NCBI GenBank assembly: GCA_964187785.1
Contig: OZ076414.1
Span: 29,946,001 to 30,010,000, forward strand
DNA from: Amphiscolops sp. MND2022
Lineage: Eukaryota
DNA length: 64,000 bases
Reading direction: 5' to 3'
Both the position numbers and the translations under genes were made by a program. The notes below the pieces were generated by a model. That model saw only the letters and a list, made by a program, of their open reading frames with translations. It did not search any database and was not told the origin of the DNA. Positions 1 to 11,600 of this stretch are shown here, in pieces (position 1 is the first letter of the stretch; each line of letters starts with the position of its first letter).

Positions 1-534
1 CTGGATAAAGTTTGTTTTCGAAACTAGGAAATCCTTTTATTGTTCGGCCATATGTTATGTAATCAAATGGACAGGCAATGTTGTCATGGCACCTTTTAAC
101 TTCTTTTTAAATCAGACGTTTTGACTTCTGTTGGTAAATCACAATGAGACAAGGAGTTTCACATTCACATGGCATTCAAGAAACAAAATTTCAGCATCGC
201 AAAAAACCCAGATGTCGATACAATCCTTCGATTTGCTTAGCTGTGATCAACAGTCTATACAGGATCCTGTATAACCCGTTGATCACAGCTAAGCAAAGCG
301 AAGCGTTACACGTCATAGCAAATTACACGTTCACTAGTTGTAGTCTAGACGTGGTGCAAACTGGTATACAAAGATCATAATCTCGAGGAGGTACTAAACT
401 AACACCGACAACTTAACAATGAAATTACAAAAAAATGAAAGTCAATTTCTTGGACAAAATATTTTTCAATCACGAGAACGTCAACATGGAAAAAACATGA
501 AAAACGTTTGCCCACCCAAGTTGAACTCCTGGAT

Positions 535-734
535 NNNNNNNNNNNNNNNNNNNNNNNNNNNNNNNNNNNNNNNNNNNNNNNNNNNNNNNNNNNNNNNNNN
601 NNNNNNNNNNNNNNNNNNNNNNNNNNNNNNNNNNNNNNNNNNNNNNNNNNNNNNNNNNNNNNNNNNNNNNNNNNNNNNNNNNNNNNNNNNNNNNNNNNNN
701 NNNNNNNNNNNNNNNNNNNNNNNNNNNNNNNNNN
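535..734. other. Assembly gap (200 N)
   Basis: Run of N from 535 to 734. Confidence 0.99.
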
Positions 735-829
735 ATTGATGACTTTCACGGTCTCACATATGATTTTGTGATTTTTATGTTTATAACATGATCATGCATG
801 CCCGGGTTGACCTTCTTCCTAGCATATTG

Positions 830-915
830 GCTGTCTTGGCAAGATCTTGCCAAATTCTTACCACATCTTGGCAACCATGGATCCAATGGCAAAATTCTTA
901 AGATCTTACTAAGAT
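830..915. repeat. AAGATCTT-rich interspersed repeat fragment
   Basis: Clustered (C)AAGATCTT(G/A) motifs. The same motif cluster occurs at 1675-1815 and inside each 1.66-kb array unit. Confidence 0.5.
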
Positions 916-1674
916 AATACATTGTTCCAAAATCGTATCTTATCACGATGGACAAAACTCCGAGATTATTTAAAAAAAACAATATACCTTCGGTACAAGC
1001 AGCCGAGACTCAATCTGAAGGTTCATTCCACCCAACAACGACTATTTCTACTCGTTTTCAAGTACAAATTGTTTCAACCTGCTGAAAAAAAGTTTGCATG
1101 CAAAACTGTGCGAAAAATTACGATAACGTATTCTTGCTTCCGAAATTCTCACGAGAATCCTAAAAACTCCTCACCTGTTTAAGACAGAAATGCGAATGCA
1201 CGAAATGAAAGGTCATTTCAGGGGCTTTTCAAAACTTGTATATCACCACTCCTGTCGATTCGAGAGACGGAGAAAAATGCTCCAAAACGTCCAGAGCCAC
1301 TATCGGAAAAATACACAGGAAACACCAAAAAATCCGCAAACTTTTGTAAAATCATATCTCCAGCTTTCTTTGAGCTTATTTCAGCAGCCTTATTACTGCT
1401 AGAAACGGCGGTCATTGCCCCAGTTTCGGTAATGATTCACCTCGAGGCTTTTCTGACCCCGTTGATGGCGACAGTTTGCAATGGAAAGAACATGATAACC
1501 AGTGCCTCCCTGAATAAACAGCATAAGGACTCTTAAATCAACTTTTATACATTGGTAACAGAAAGTTGTCATGTCTAACAATGTAAATCAGTATAGATGT
1601 TGATTTCGTTTCAGATTTGTTCTGGCCAAAAAGGATTTTACAATAAAATTTTTCTTGGGAACACGGCTCTCTTG

Positions 1675-1815
1675 ATAAGATCTTACCATGGCAAAATGAA
1701 TACCATCGCAAGATCTTGACAAGATCTTAGCCAAGATTGTTCTAAGATCTTGCCGAGATCTTGTCAAGATCTTACTAAGATATCCATGGAGGGTCTGGGT
1801 GATCTTGATCTGGCT
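1675..1815. repeat. AAGATCTT-rich interspersed repeat fragment
   Basis: About 7 copies of an AAGATCTT-like core at ~11-bp spacing (caagatcttgacaagatcttagccaag...). Confidence 0.55.
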
Positions 1816-2054
1816 TAAATCGCACGTAAAACCTTCAAACAACAGGGCTTCAAAAACCTTCTAGTACTGTAGAGGTAGAAGCACTTCATCAAGTTGCTTT
1901 GACCTTCGGTATCAACAATGCATACTTTGAAGATCTTGGGGAACTATATTCTTCTTCTGTTCAGAGTTTCCAGTGAACAGTTTAATGCGTGCGCATATAT
2001 TTAATGTGTCTTGGAACAGTGGATGAACCTCAAAAATGCAGATCATCATCCTGA

Positions 2055-2104
2055 AGAAAGAGAAAGAGAGAGCGAGAGAGTGAGAGAGAGAGAAAGAGAA
2101 AGAG
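2055..2104. repeat. Imperfect (GA)n microsatellite
   Basis: gaaagagaaagagagagcgagagagtgagagagagagaaagagaaa. Confidence 0.8.
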
Positions 2105-2576
2105 CGCATTGAAACAATACAGATTTTCCAGTGAAACGCATACACAATATTGCTGTTCATGACTTTTATTTTAAAAATCCTTGTAAAGAAGCCCCTGTTT
2201 GAAACACGGTGCCAGACTGCTGGAAGATTTTTCTCTGAGACACAATATTGTTTTGCAGATGTCTATTGAAGAGATACAGTAGGCTACCAAAAGTTCACGC
2301 ACAACAATCTCTCTTCGATCAAAGCTGTGAACACCGGATACCATCATTGAAGTTTCTTCTGGAAAGACTTCGGAACCGATCCGTCAGATTGAAATAACTA
2401 TTTATGGTCATAGACGTTTTGAAAATTGATTTCTCCATCGCTGATGTCCTTCATGGAGCCTGTTATCAGTCGGCGTTTTCGAAAAAAAAGTGCCCGAATC
2501 CTACAATGGGTAATTTTGCCAATGGTCCACTTTTTTGTTACCTTGTTGTCTCATGTATATCGGAAAGGCTCTGCAC

Positions 2577-2779
2577 TGTTATACGGTTCATCCGTCAATC
2601 AAGAAACTGACCTTTACCGAACTTCGGTCATAGACATACCTGCCATACTGTTTACAAACATTAGATGTAAAACTGATACATCACTTTATGTTACTTTGAT
2701 ATAGCATACGCTTGAGTATAGAAGAGATAAAATTTTAGAAAACCTTGTTCTTTTCATAGTATTAGTTAGAAATACAACA
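2577..2779 (+). repeat. Gypsy 5' LTR
   Basis: TGTT...AACA, directly followed by the PBS; matches 8974-9176. Confidence 0.93.
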
Positions 2780-2797
2780 TGGCGCAGTAAGCAAGAT
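2780..2797 (+). promoter_or_regulatory. Primer-binding site, tRNA-Ser-like
   Basis: TGGCGCAGT immediately after the LTR, complementary to a tRNA 3' end with a G discriminator (Ser-type). The isoacceptor is inferred. Confidence 0.7.
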
Positions 2798-2829
2798 TTT
2801 AAAACAAACCGAAAATTTTAACTGGAACC

Positions 2830-5800
2830 ATGGCAAAAAAGAATACTGTACCGAACCTAGAAACAAAAGCATCGGACGGGAATCAAATACTCACCCCGAG
2901 ACAATGGCTGGAGAGGTTCCGGCAGTTTACTAAACGGGAACACAAGATCGACATCACACCACTAGTAAAGGGATAAGATATCACGGAAACCGGGTGGACC
3001 GCCGAAAAAGAAGCAAACATTCAAGAAGATTTTATCTGGGGAGTGGGACCGGAAGCACTATACCAGATAACCCGGGCTGAGTATAAAACGGAACCGGATA
3101 ACATCAAAATCAAAGACCTTATCCGGTTATATACCGAACACTACCTCCCGAAACGTAATACATACCATAACAGAGGAAATTTCTTCTGAGCAAAGCAATC
3201 GGAAAACGAAACACCCAATGAATTCTGGAGACGACTTATCGAGATAGAAAAAGAATGTAATTTCGGTACCATATCAGCCGAAGAACTACTAATATCCAAG
3301 TACATGACGGCGATTACAGACAAGAACTTACGAGACAAACTAATGAAAGAAAAAACACTAAAGATGAAGAAAACTATTGAAATGATCAAACGAAAAACCT
3401 ACTAAAGGAAAAACAAGAAAAACACAATACCAGAAGCCCTGATCACAACGAAAGAAAAACAAATAATCAAAGAAGAACCAATACAAAGAATGGAAAAACT
3501 CGGTACCAGGCCGAAAACAAGAATAACAGAAAACCGACCATGCAGATTTTGCAAGCACCAAACTGGAGCCCAATACACAAGGGTCCCGCACAAGTATCAA
3601 ACTGCAACAACTGCGGAAAGAACGGACACTACGCACGGGTATGCAAGCAAAGATTAAAGAACAACCAAACGGTGAGAAAACTTACCGAAGAAGAAACAGA
3701 ACCGAATGAATCGATGAGCGAATCCGATGAGAGCATATACCACATAGAAGAAATAAAGAATTTTGTAGAACAACAGAAACACTACACAGCAAAAATAAAA
3801 ACAAACGGAACACCAAAAGAATTTGTTATCGACACCGGATCTCCAGTAACAAAAATGCCACTAGACGAACAAATAATGACGACGACCGAAATCCAGAAAA
3901 TAACGAACCTATACCAAGACGTAAACAAAAATGAAGTAAAATTCCGGGGGAAGAGACTGATAGACATGGAATACCAAAGTAACAAACAAAATATGGAAAT
4001 ACTAATTACCGAAAGAACGGATGTAACACCATTATTGAATATGGACTGGATGAAAAAATTCAAGCTAGCAATTGGGGGAATACAACTAACCGAAACCAAC
4101 TAATCGGAAAAAAAAGAAAGTAATCAACAAACTTCCGGACCTGTTCGAGAACAACCGAACAATAAAAGATACCGAAATAAAGATACAACTGAAACCCGGA
4201 CATTAACCGGTTAAACAAAAAGCTAAACCGATTCCACTACACCTACAAGAAGACGTAGGATGAGAACTTGAAAAACTAATAAAAGCAGGACATCTAGAAA
4301 AAATAAACAATGTGGATGAAGACTGTTTTGTATCACCGGTAGTGATAACAGTGAAGAACAACAAATCAGTGAAAATAGCACTGGATTTCCGAAAACTAAA
4401 TGATAGCTGTATTAAACAGAGACCACATATGCTGAACACGGAAGAATTGTGAAATCAACTTTCGGTAGAAATTACACGGGACAGAACACTACAACTATTC
4501 TATTAAAAATTGATTTAGATTACGCATACGGACAATTGAAACTATCCGAGGAAACAAGCCGACAATGCGTCTTTGCAATTACCGGAGCAAAATTTAGCGG
4601 ATACTACAGATTTAAAAAAGGGTTCTGCGGACTTGCCGACATTCCCACAATCTTTCAAGAAGAAATTGACCGAACATTAGAATACAGCACACTGGCATGG
4701 CTAGACGATATAATAGTAGTAATCCGCGGAAATAAACAAGAACACGGCAAGAAACTATTTGACGTATTATCTAAACTCGAAAAAGCCGGATACCGGGCAA
4801 GTAAAAGAAAATCCGAATTCTTCTTATTGCGGACAAAATGGCCGGGACACGAAATCGACGAAAACGGAATAAAACCAAATGAAGAGAAAGTTGAAGCGAT
4901 ACAAAAGTTGAAGTCACCGAACAATACAAAAGAATTGAAATCATTTCTCGGCGCAATACAATACTTAGCAAAATTTCTACCGAAACTATCGGAAAAGACA
5001 GACAGACTGAGAAAATTGTTGAAAAAGAACGAACCATGGATCTGGGGAGAAGAACAAGAAAAAGATTTCAAACAAATAAAACAGATGTTGACCGACAAAC
5101 CATGTCTAGCATACTACGCAAGAGACAAGTGTAACATGGTAACAACGGACGCGAGCAAAACCGGACTCAGTATAACACTCTGACAAAAACAAGATAACGG
5201 AGAAATAAAACTCATCGCATTCGATAGTAGATATATAAATGATACCGAAAAGAACTATTAAATCGGTGAATTCGAACTATTAGCAAAAGTTTGGGGGCTC
5301 GAAAAATTCTGATTTTATTTGTACGGAAAGAATGTACATTTATTTACAGATCACCAAGCACTGGAACCTTTAAAACGAAACCGGAGCAACCACTAATATA
5401 GCGCAAGACTAACGAGATGGCTAGACCGGTTAGCACAGTTTGACATCGCAGTTCAACATATTGCCGGTAGAAATTTAAAACTTACCGACTATCTCTTAGT
5501 AGAAATCCGGTAGAGGGAGCACCAACAGAAAGCAAATACGACGAAGATTATGTCATTAACATAATAACCGAACCTGCGAAATTGAACGCAAAATACGGTT
5601 CATTATACGACAGTCAATCAGAATGCAACAAACAAGACACCGAGATAAAGCAAAATCCATCCGAGAACAAAAATGAGCAAAGCAACGACCAATCACATCA
5701 AAATAGAACAATCCAGAACAAATGCCACGTAAACAAAACTAACAACAGCGATAGTACTACATCCGGGCAGTCCGAAATTAGCACCGCAGAGACAAGTTCA

Positions 5801-8800
5801 AACACAAAAAGTGAAGAAAACATCGACGACGAGAAAATTACCCGAGAAAATCTGTACCACTGGGGGGCAACCCGGAAATAATGGAGATAATTAGAAGACG
5901 AAATAAAAGCCCCAAAACACGACGTCTAGTCGAAAAAAGAGAAGCCTTAGCAAAACCCGGAACTATGCGGAGACGGTACGACACACAATCGCAAAGAATG
6001 ATATTCACACCGTCAAGACCGAACAAAAGAAGCCGCGAAATCGCGGAGATTGACGCCGAGCTCACACAAAGAGCAAACCGAATCCGTGGAGATACCGGCC
6101 AATACAAGTTGAAGAAGAAGAAGTACCGGAGGCACCGAAAGAAGGAGAATTGCAAGCCGAACAAAATACGGTAGACACCGAGGAAGACAGTGTGATAACG
6201 CGGGGAGACAATTTGCCAATTGTCGATCTAAGCAAATATCACACAGATGGCAAAGAAGCCCACTACATCCAGATTAACCACATAGTGGGAAGAATTACCG
6301 AAAACAAAAAACTGACTGAAGAGAACATAAAAAAAGCAAATTTCATGCTCGATCTGAAAACTCTCATCTCAAAAAGGGCAATTGATTCGGAAGTGGCACG
6401 AGTCCGAGCCAGTATGAGAAGAGAAGAAAAAGATACCGCACCGGAAGGTTACAGACCGGTTTTTGACAAACTTTCAATTCGGTGGGGTTCAGTCTTTGTA
6501 GACGACCAAATTGCCGTTCCAATTGACTTACCAAGAAAAATAATTGAGATCTTACACTTCGGTCACTCCGGAACAACCAAGATGTTATCGGATGCGAAGA
6601 TCTTTTGGTGGGCGGAAATTCGGAAAGATATCGAACAAAAAGTAAAGGACTGCACAGCCTGCTTAGCTACCGGTAAGAACCTACATATCAAATTCCAAAA
6701 AACCAGTACCGAAAATTAGAAAACTATCCGAACCCGGACAGAAATTACAAAAGTATTTTACTGGAAAATTACATAACAAAAATTTGAACGGAAAACCTCA
6801 AATATTAATCGCAATAGATCGGTTCAGCAAATGGCCGACGGCAAAATTTTGCAAAACGTCGGACACAAAAGAAAGCATTAGCAGGGACCGGAAAAATAGT
6901 CTTTTTCCTATAATCAACCTATAATCAACTATTTCAACTATATCGCTGATAGACTGTAAATCAACTATGCATATTTAACGATGCGTATTGACTTGTTTGT
7001 TCATTTTCAGACATAATGCCTCCCGTTAGGAGTCAAGCTGCCACGCTGAGCAAATATTGCGCATTGAGTGAATGTTATAAAATAGTTAATGGGACTGTTT
7101 TATATTGTAAGGCATGCGAATCTAATGTTTCTCATTATCAAAATCTCATGTTACTCAACATTTACTCAATCTCATGTTACTCAAAAACGCAGTTACATCT
7201 CAGAAATGCAGAACTGACAAGGACAAAAGTGCAAACTTCTATTCAGTATCCCTCTGATAACCGGTCTCACCGCTGTGCTGCCGCACTTGTTAAAGCTAGT
7301 CTCCCTTTGAACAAACTTGAGAAGTCCGAATTTAGAAAATTTATTGAAGGCAAAGTTGGCTACAAACTGCCCTCCGAGAGTTCGCTGAGGAAAACCTATC
7401 TATTCGGTAATTCAGAAGAACCCAGATTTACAGTATTTGAGAGAAAATTTGGCATCACTTTTATATGCGCCCATTACTTCGTGCGAAATCGAGCGACTGT
7501 TTAGTGTAATGAAGGTAAAAGAGGTGAACTCAGCGAACATTTCCTCCGAAAGTCTTCAAAAATTGTTATGCATCCGATTGATTTAATTAAACTGTTTAAA
7601 TCAACTTTTTCATGTTTTTAATCAACTATATAGTCAACTATAATGTATTTTATATCAGCTATTTTTCCGGTTCCTGGTCATTAGTTTCCTATCAAATCAA
7701 TTTAACTTATACGGAATTCCAGAAAAAATAAATCCCATAAAGGCTAGCATTCATTTCAACCGAATACAAAGACTTTTGTAAATCCCGAAACAGAAGTACA
7801 ATACTACCCACCGCGATTGCACACCAGAAACGGAATAGTTGAAAGAGCAATAGAAACAATGAAAAACTTACTATTAGCTAATATGGAAGACGGTAACAAC
7901 TTAACCGAAAGCGTAAATAGAGCGTTAAGAGTAATGCGGTTCACAATACACATGGGATTAAAGAAAACGCCATTCGAACTTCATCAAGGTCGTAAACCGA
8001 GAACGGAGTTAACCAATATAATGAAAGACGGCAAATAATTTCTGTCAAATTGGTCAGAACTATCTATTTCAGCACCAAATCGGCCCAAAATACCGAAATA
8101 TGTCGGAAGGGACGCTGACGGGGAAATTACCAATCCCATGGTGATGGCCCGAACAAAAACCGAAGAACGGCAACTGGCTGCGGAGACAAAGTCACCGAAG
8201 AAGAGAAACTCGGTTAGATATCCATTTAAACTTTTTGAAAAAAGACACAACCGAAAATCTTTAAAAGGGAGATTCCAATCAAAAATACAAACCGCAATAA
8301 GCGGAACTGAGAACACCGTAGAAACAGATACGGCGAAAATAATACACCGAAAATCTATTTCGGATCCACTGTTTCAGAGCGAGAAATGACACGGAAGAGA
8401 ATCGGCACCCACAGTCTCTACCGAAATAACATCGAAGAACCGACATTGCCTACGAGGACTTGACGGCAAATACGGAAAATGGGAAAACATCCTAAGGGAC
8501 ATCCTAAATGGAAAACTACGGATAGTACAAAACAAAAAACTAACCGAGACTGAAACTGAAGATGAAGATTATGACGATGATGATGAAGAAGAGATGCCGC
8601 AAGAAGCCGGAAAAACTTACGACACATCGGAAAGAGGGGGACGATACGCCCCGATACGGACAGACCCCGAAAACGACGCAATACAAATCCACACAGACGG
8701 AGAAATGCCTCATGCTGAGAATATAGACAATAATCATAGGCGGTCAAACCGAAATACAAATAGACCGAATAGAAACGGTAGCATATACTATAAAAGAAAT

Positions 8801-8812
8801 TTCTGGGTATAA
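2830..8812 (+). pseudogene. Gypsy gag-pol with stops and frameshifts
   Basis: Zinc knuckle CNNCGKNGHYARVC; protease FVIDTGS; RT (DLDYAYGQL, WLDD); RNase H (TTDASKTG, FTDHQAL); integrase (H..GHSG...C-TA-C, NGIVERAI). Confidence 0.92.
6882..7676 (+). mobile_element. Internally deleted hAT-type DNA transposon inserted in the Gypsy integrase
   Basis: 18-bp TIRs CAGGGACCGGAAAAATAG / CTATTTTTCCGGTTCCTG (1 mismatch); 8-bp TSD agcattag/gtcattag. Remnant ORF 7016-7504 has a BED-like YCKAC motif and LVKASLPLNKLE...LPSESSLRKTYL (CGGBP1-like hAT transposase). Confidence 0.85.
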
Positions 8813-8973
8813 AAAATTTGTTGTGTTACAGGTCAAATTTGGAACCGAACAAAAGGCACACCAAAGCCAATACCGGGAGACATACAAAATGCCTCAAGAC
8901 GTCTTACCAAGCAACATGACGTTACCCACCACATCATCCAGCTTCTGAAGAATCCCAGAGAGAGAAGGGGGAA

Positions 8974-9176
8974 TATTATACGGTTCATCCGTCAATCAAG
9001 AACCTGACCTTTACCGAACTTCGGTCATAGACATCACAGCCATACTGTTTACAAACATTAGATGTAAAACTGATACATCATTTTATGTTACTTTGATATA
9101 GCATACGCTTGAGTATAGAAGAGATATAATTTTAGAAAACCTGGTTCTTTTCATAGTATTAGTTAGAAAGACAACA
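8974..9176 (+). repeat. Gypsy 3' LTR
   Basis: Copy of 2577-2779 with the initial TG mutated to TA; preceded by PPT agagagagaagggggaa. Confidence 0.93.
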
Positions 9177-9619
9177 TGGACAACATGCAATTTCACTTTC
9201 GCAAACATCTAATTTTTCCTTGCATTTCTAAATTAATGAGACTCTTTTCGGACAATCTATCTTTGGTTATTAAATATTCTTAATACATTCGAATTCTCAC
9301 TGCAACTTTTATAAGTATAACAGTCAATTATAAAGTATGAAGTCTGTTACTATTTGAAACTTTTTCCTCCCCTAAAGATGAGAAAAAGTAGTAGTAAATC
9401 AAGTTGAGTTGATAGACCTTAATCCAAGGAAGACCTGAGTTCGATAGAAACTGAGGAACCTGCACAAGATTAAACTATTAGTAATTTGGTAAAAAATCAG
9501 TAAAACTATCACAAGTCAGAATCGTAAGCCTAGCACTAGACGCAACAAAGACCGCAAAAACTCAAGAAGTCAGTTCAGTCCAAGACTCTAAGAAACTAAA
9601 CGCCCGAGGAACGTTGCTG

Positions 9620-9899
9620 GAAAAATTGACCTTTCGGGGATTCTTCAAAATTGTCCTGTATTGTACTTTCGGTCTGTAAGTGCTACAAATATCGTGTAAG
9701 AAGCCATCAAATCCAACTTTCAAGTTGCCTCGCAAAATAAGTACGAGAGTATTTGGTTGCAACCAAATACTCTCGTACTTATTTTGCGAGGCAACTTGAA
9801 AGTTGGATTTGATGGCTTTTTACACGATATTTGTAGCACTTACAGACCGAAAGTACAATACAGGACAATTTTGAAGAATCTCCGAAAGGACAATTTTTC
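9620..9899. repeat. 280-bp spacerless palindrome flanked by a 5-bp direct repeat (foldback-like element)
   Basis: Centre ggttg|caacc at 9759/9760; 140-bp arms with 3 mismatches seen; tgctg at 9615-9619 and at 9900-9904. Confidence 0.9.
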
Positions 9900-10139
9900 T
9901 GCTGCCTAGAACTTGTTTTTTTCTGAAAAACGATTTCACTAAACACGATTATCCTTAATTTCCACGGGTAGTGATGATAATTACCATCTGTTTGTTATGT
10001 TAACATAACAAGAAAAGACAAGTTACAATATCCGGAACGTAGAAAGTCATTAGGACGTAACGTGAGTTCCCGAGGTTCCACGCAAAAGGCATCATTCTGC
10101 GTCGCTTCGCAAGCTAGCTAGAATAAAGTACGTAAAAAT

Positions 10140-11600
10140 TGAAGTTGCCGGATTTTTTGTTTAATACGAGAAAACAAAAACTTTGGGTATTTAAAAAAAA
10201 TTTCATCACTTTTTCCACGGCCTTTTCTTTCAATGTCGTTGTCTTCAAAAATTCCAGATCATTCCCCATTCTTTTGTCTGACGAAATTTTGCTCGTTCGA
10301 AGTTTCTTTAGACGGCAACTTGCTGTTACATAGCGTGATGAGCTGGTTTAATTATAGACGACACCTCAGCTACGGAAAAATGTCTCAAAAAGTGGATCTT
10401 TGCTTCATTTTTTCATTGTTTCAATCTCTTTGATTAAACTAGAACGACATTAGCAGCATACGTCAAAGTCACCACCAATTAATATAGTAACAATAGAATC
10501 AAGAACACAATAACAGTTAAGCAATACAAATTCTTGGTGGCAAAACATATCTCTTGTTCCCGTTTGTCTTCTTTTCATGCAACAAACCCCAATGAAACCT
10601 CTCAGACAGAGTCCAAATAAGCTCCAGTTAATCGAAATCCTGAAAAAAAGCAAGAGTCAGAAAACTTTTCCTAAAGTAGCTTTTTCCGGTGGTGTACTGG
10701 ACTCTACATTTACGTATTGCTACGCGGAACACAAAATTATGAATAATTTTCGAAGGATTTTTGTCAATGAACTTGCTTTCAAGGTTCTGCCAGGTTTCTC
10801 AAAAATATACAGAAAAGTTATCAAAGTGAAGATTCCTACCAGCGTCAATGAAATTTCTGTGATTCTTCTTAACGTCCAAAACGGGGTTGTTAGTGCTTTG
10901 TAACTAGGTTGAATAGTTTGGAAATCCGACCCGTTACCTACTTTCCGGACTAAATTGCTGAAAAACAATCTCCAAAACTTCATACAAAAGTACATCATGT
11001 CTTTCTGTTATGGTTCAGTACACAAATTAACCCAACCCCATCTTATGTCTTCATGTGAAATTTCATCGAAGAATTCTCCAGTGTACCGAGGGAAAGATTC
11101 AGAACCAAGCGGATACGGTTACCTGTATAACAACGACAATACTGAGATTGACAAGTCCAAGGGGTCTATTGCCAGCTGTGGGGTCTTCCGTCAGTCCGAG
11201 CATCGTTAGAACCCCTTCCCTCAAGAAGGCCACTGCTATCATCACCAAGGACACGAACATCACACTAACTTGATCCTTCTCCTCTTATCGAGCATGACTC
11301 AGAAGGTCGACCCTTGTGGAAATTGCAAACTTGTTCTGATTATTCTAAAAACAAATATTCCACTAAGTTTCTCAATGAAAACCATTCATTTTTACCGGAA
11401 CAGGTTTCTCATCCGAAATACTTGAGAAATGAAAGCAGCTTACCTGGGAGGACTTAGTTAGGGAACAATGGGAATTTTTTGCGTGTGTGAAAAAATAAGG
11501 TTTTATTTTTTTGTCTTGGAGCTTCAGTTAAGGCGACATTTGAAGTCAATCGTGACTATACCATACGCTCTGGTAATAGGAAAAAAACATTGGAAGTATC
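10140..11600 (+). pseudogene. Possible decayed 5'/ORF1 region of the adjacent LINE
   Basis: Fragmentary coding-like sequence just upstream of the APE domain, with a DPCGNC Cys pair near 11305. No firm domain call. Confidence 0.3.

Larger units (their letters stand above)
2577..9176 (+). mobile_element. Decayed full-length Ty3/Gypsy LTR retrotransposon
   Basis: 203-bp LTRs at 2577-2779 and 8974-9176 (9 differences counted by eye, ~95-96% identical). PBS TGGCGCAGT at 2780, PPT at 8957-8973, 5-bp TSD tgcac/tggac (1 mismatch). Domain order gag-PR-RT-RH-IN. Confidence 0.95.

Noticed and set aside
399-771. ORFs spanning the first N gap (likewise 49746-50088)
   Set aside because: They are open only because of the Ns.
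1830-2576. Decayed viral or transposon gene into which the Gypsy inserted
   Set aside because: There are Cys-containing fragments on the minus strand, but many stops and no recognisable family motif.
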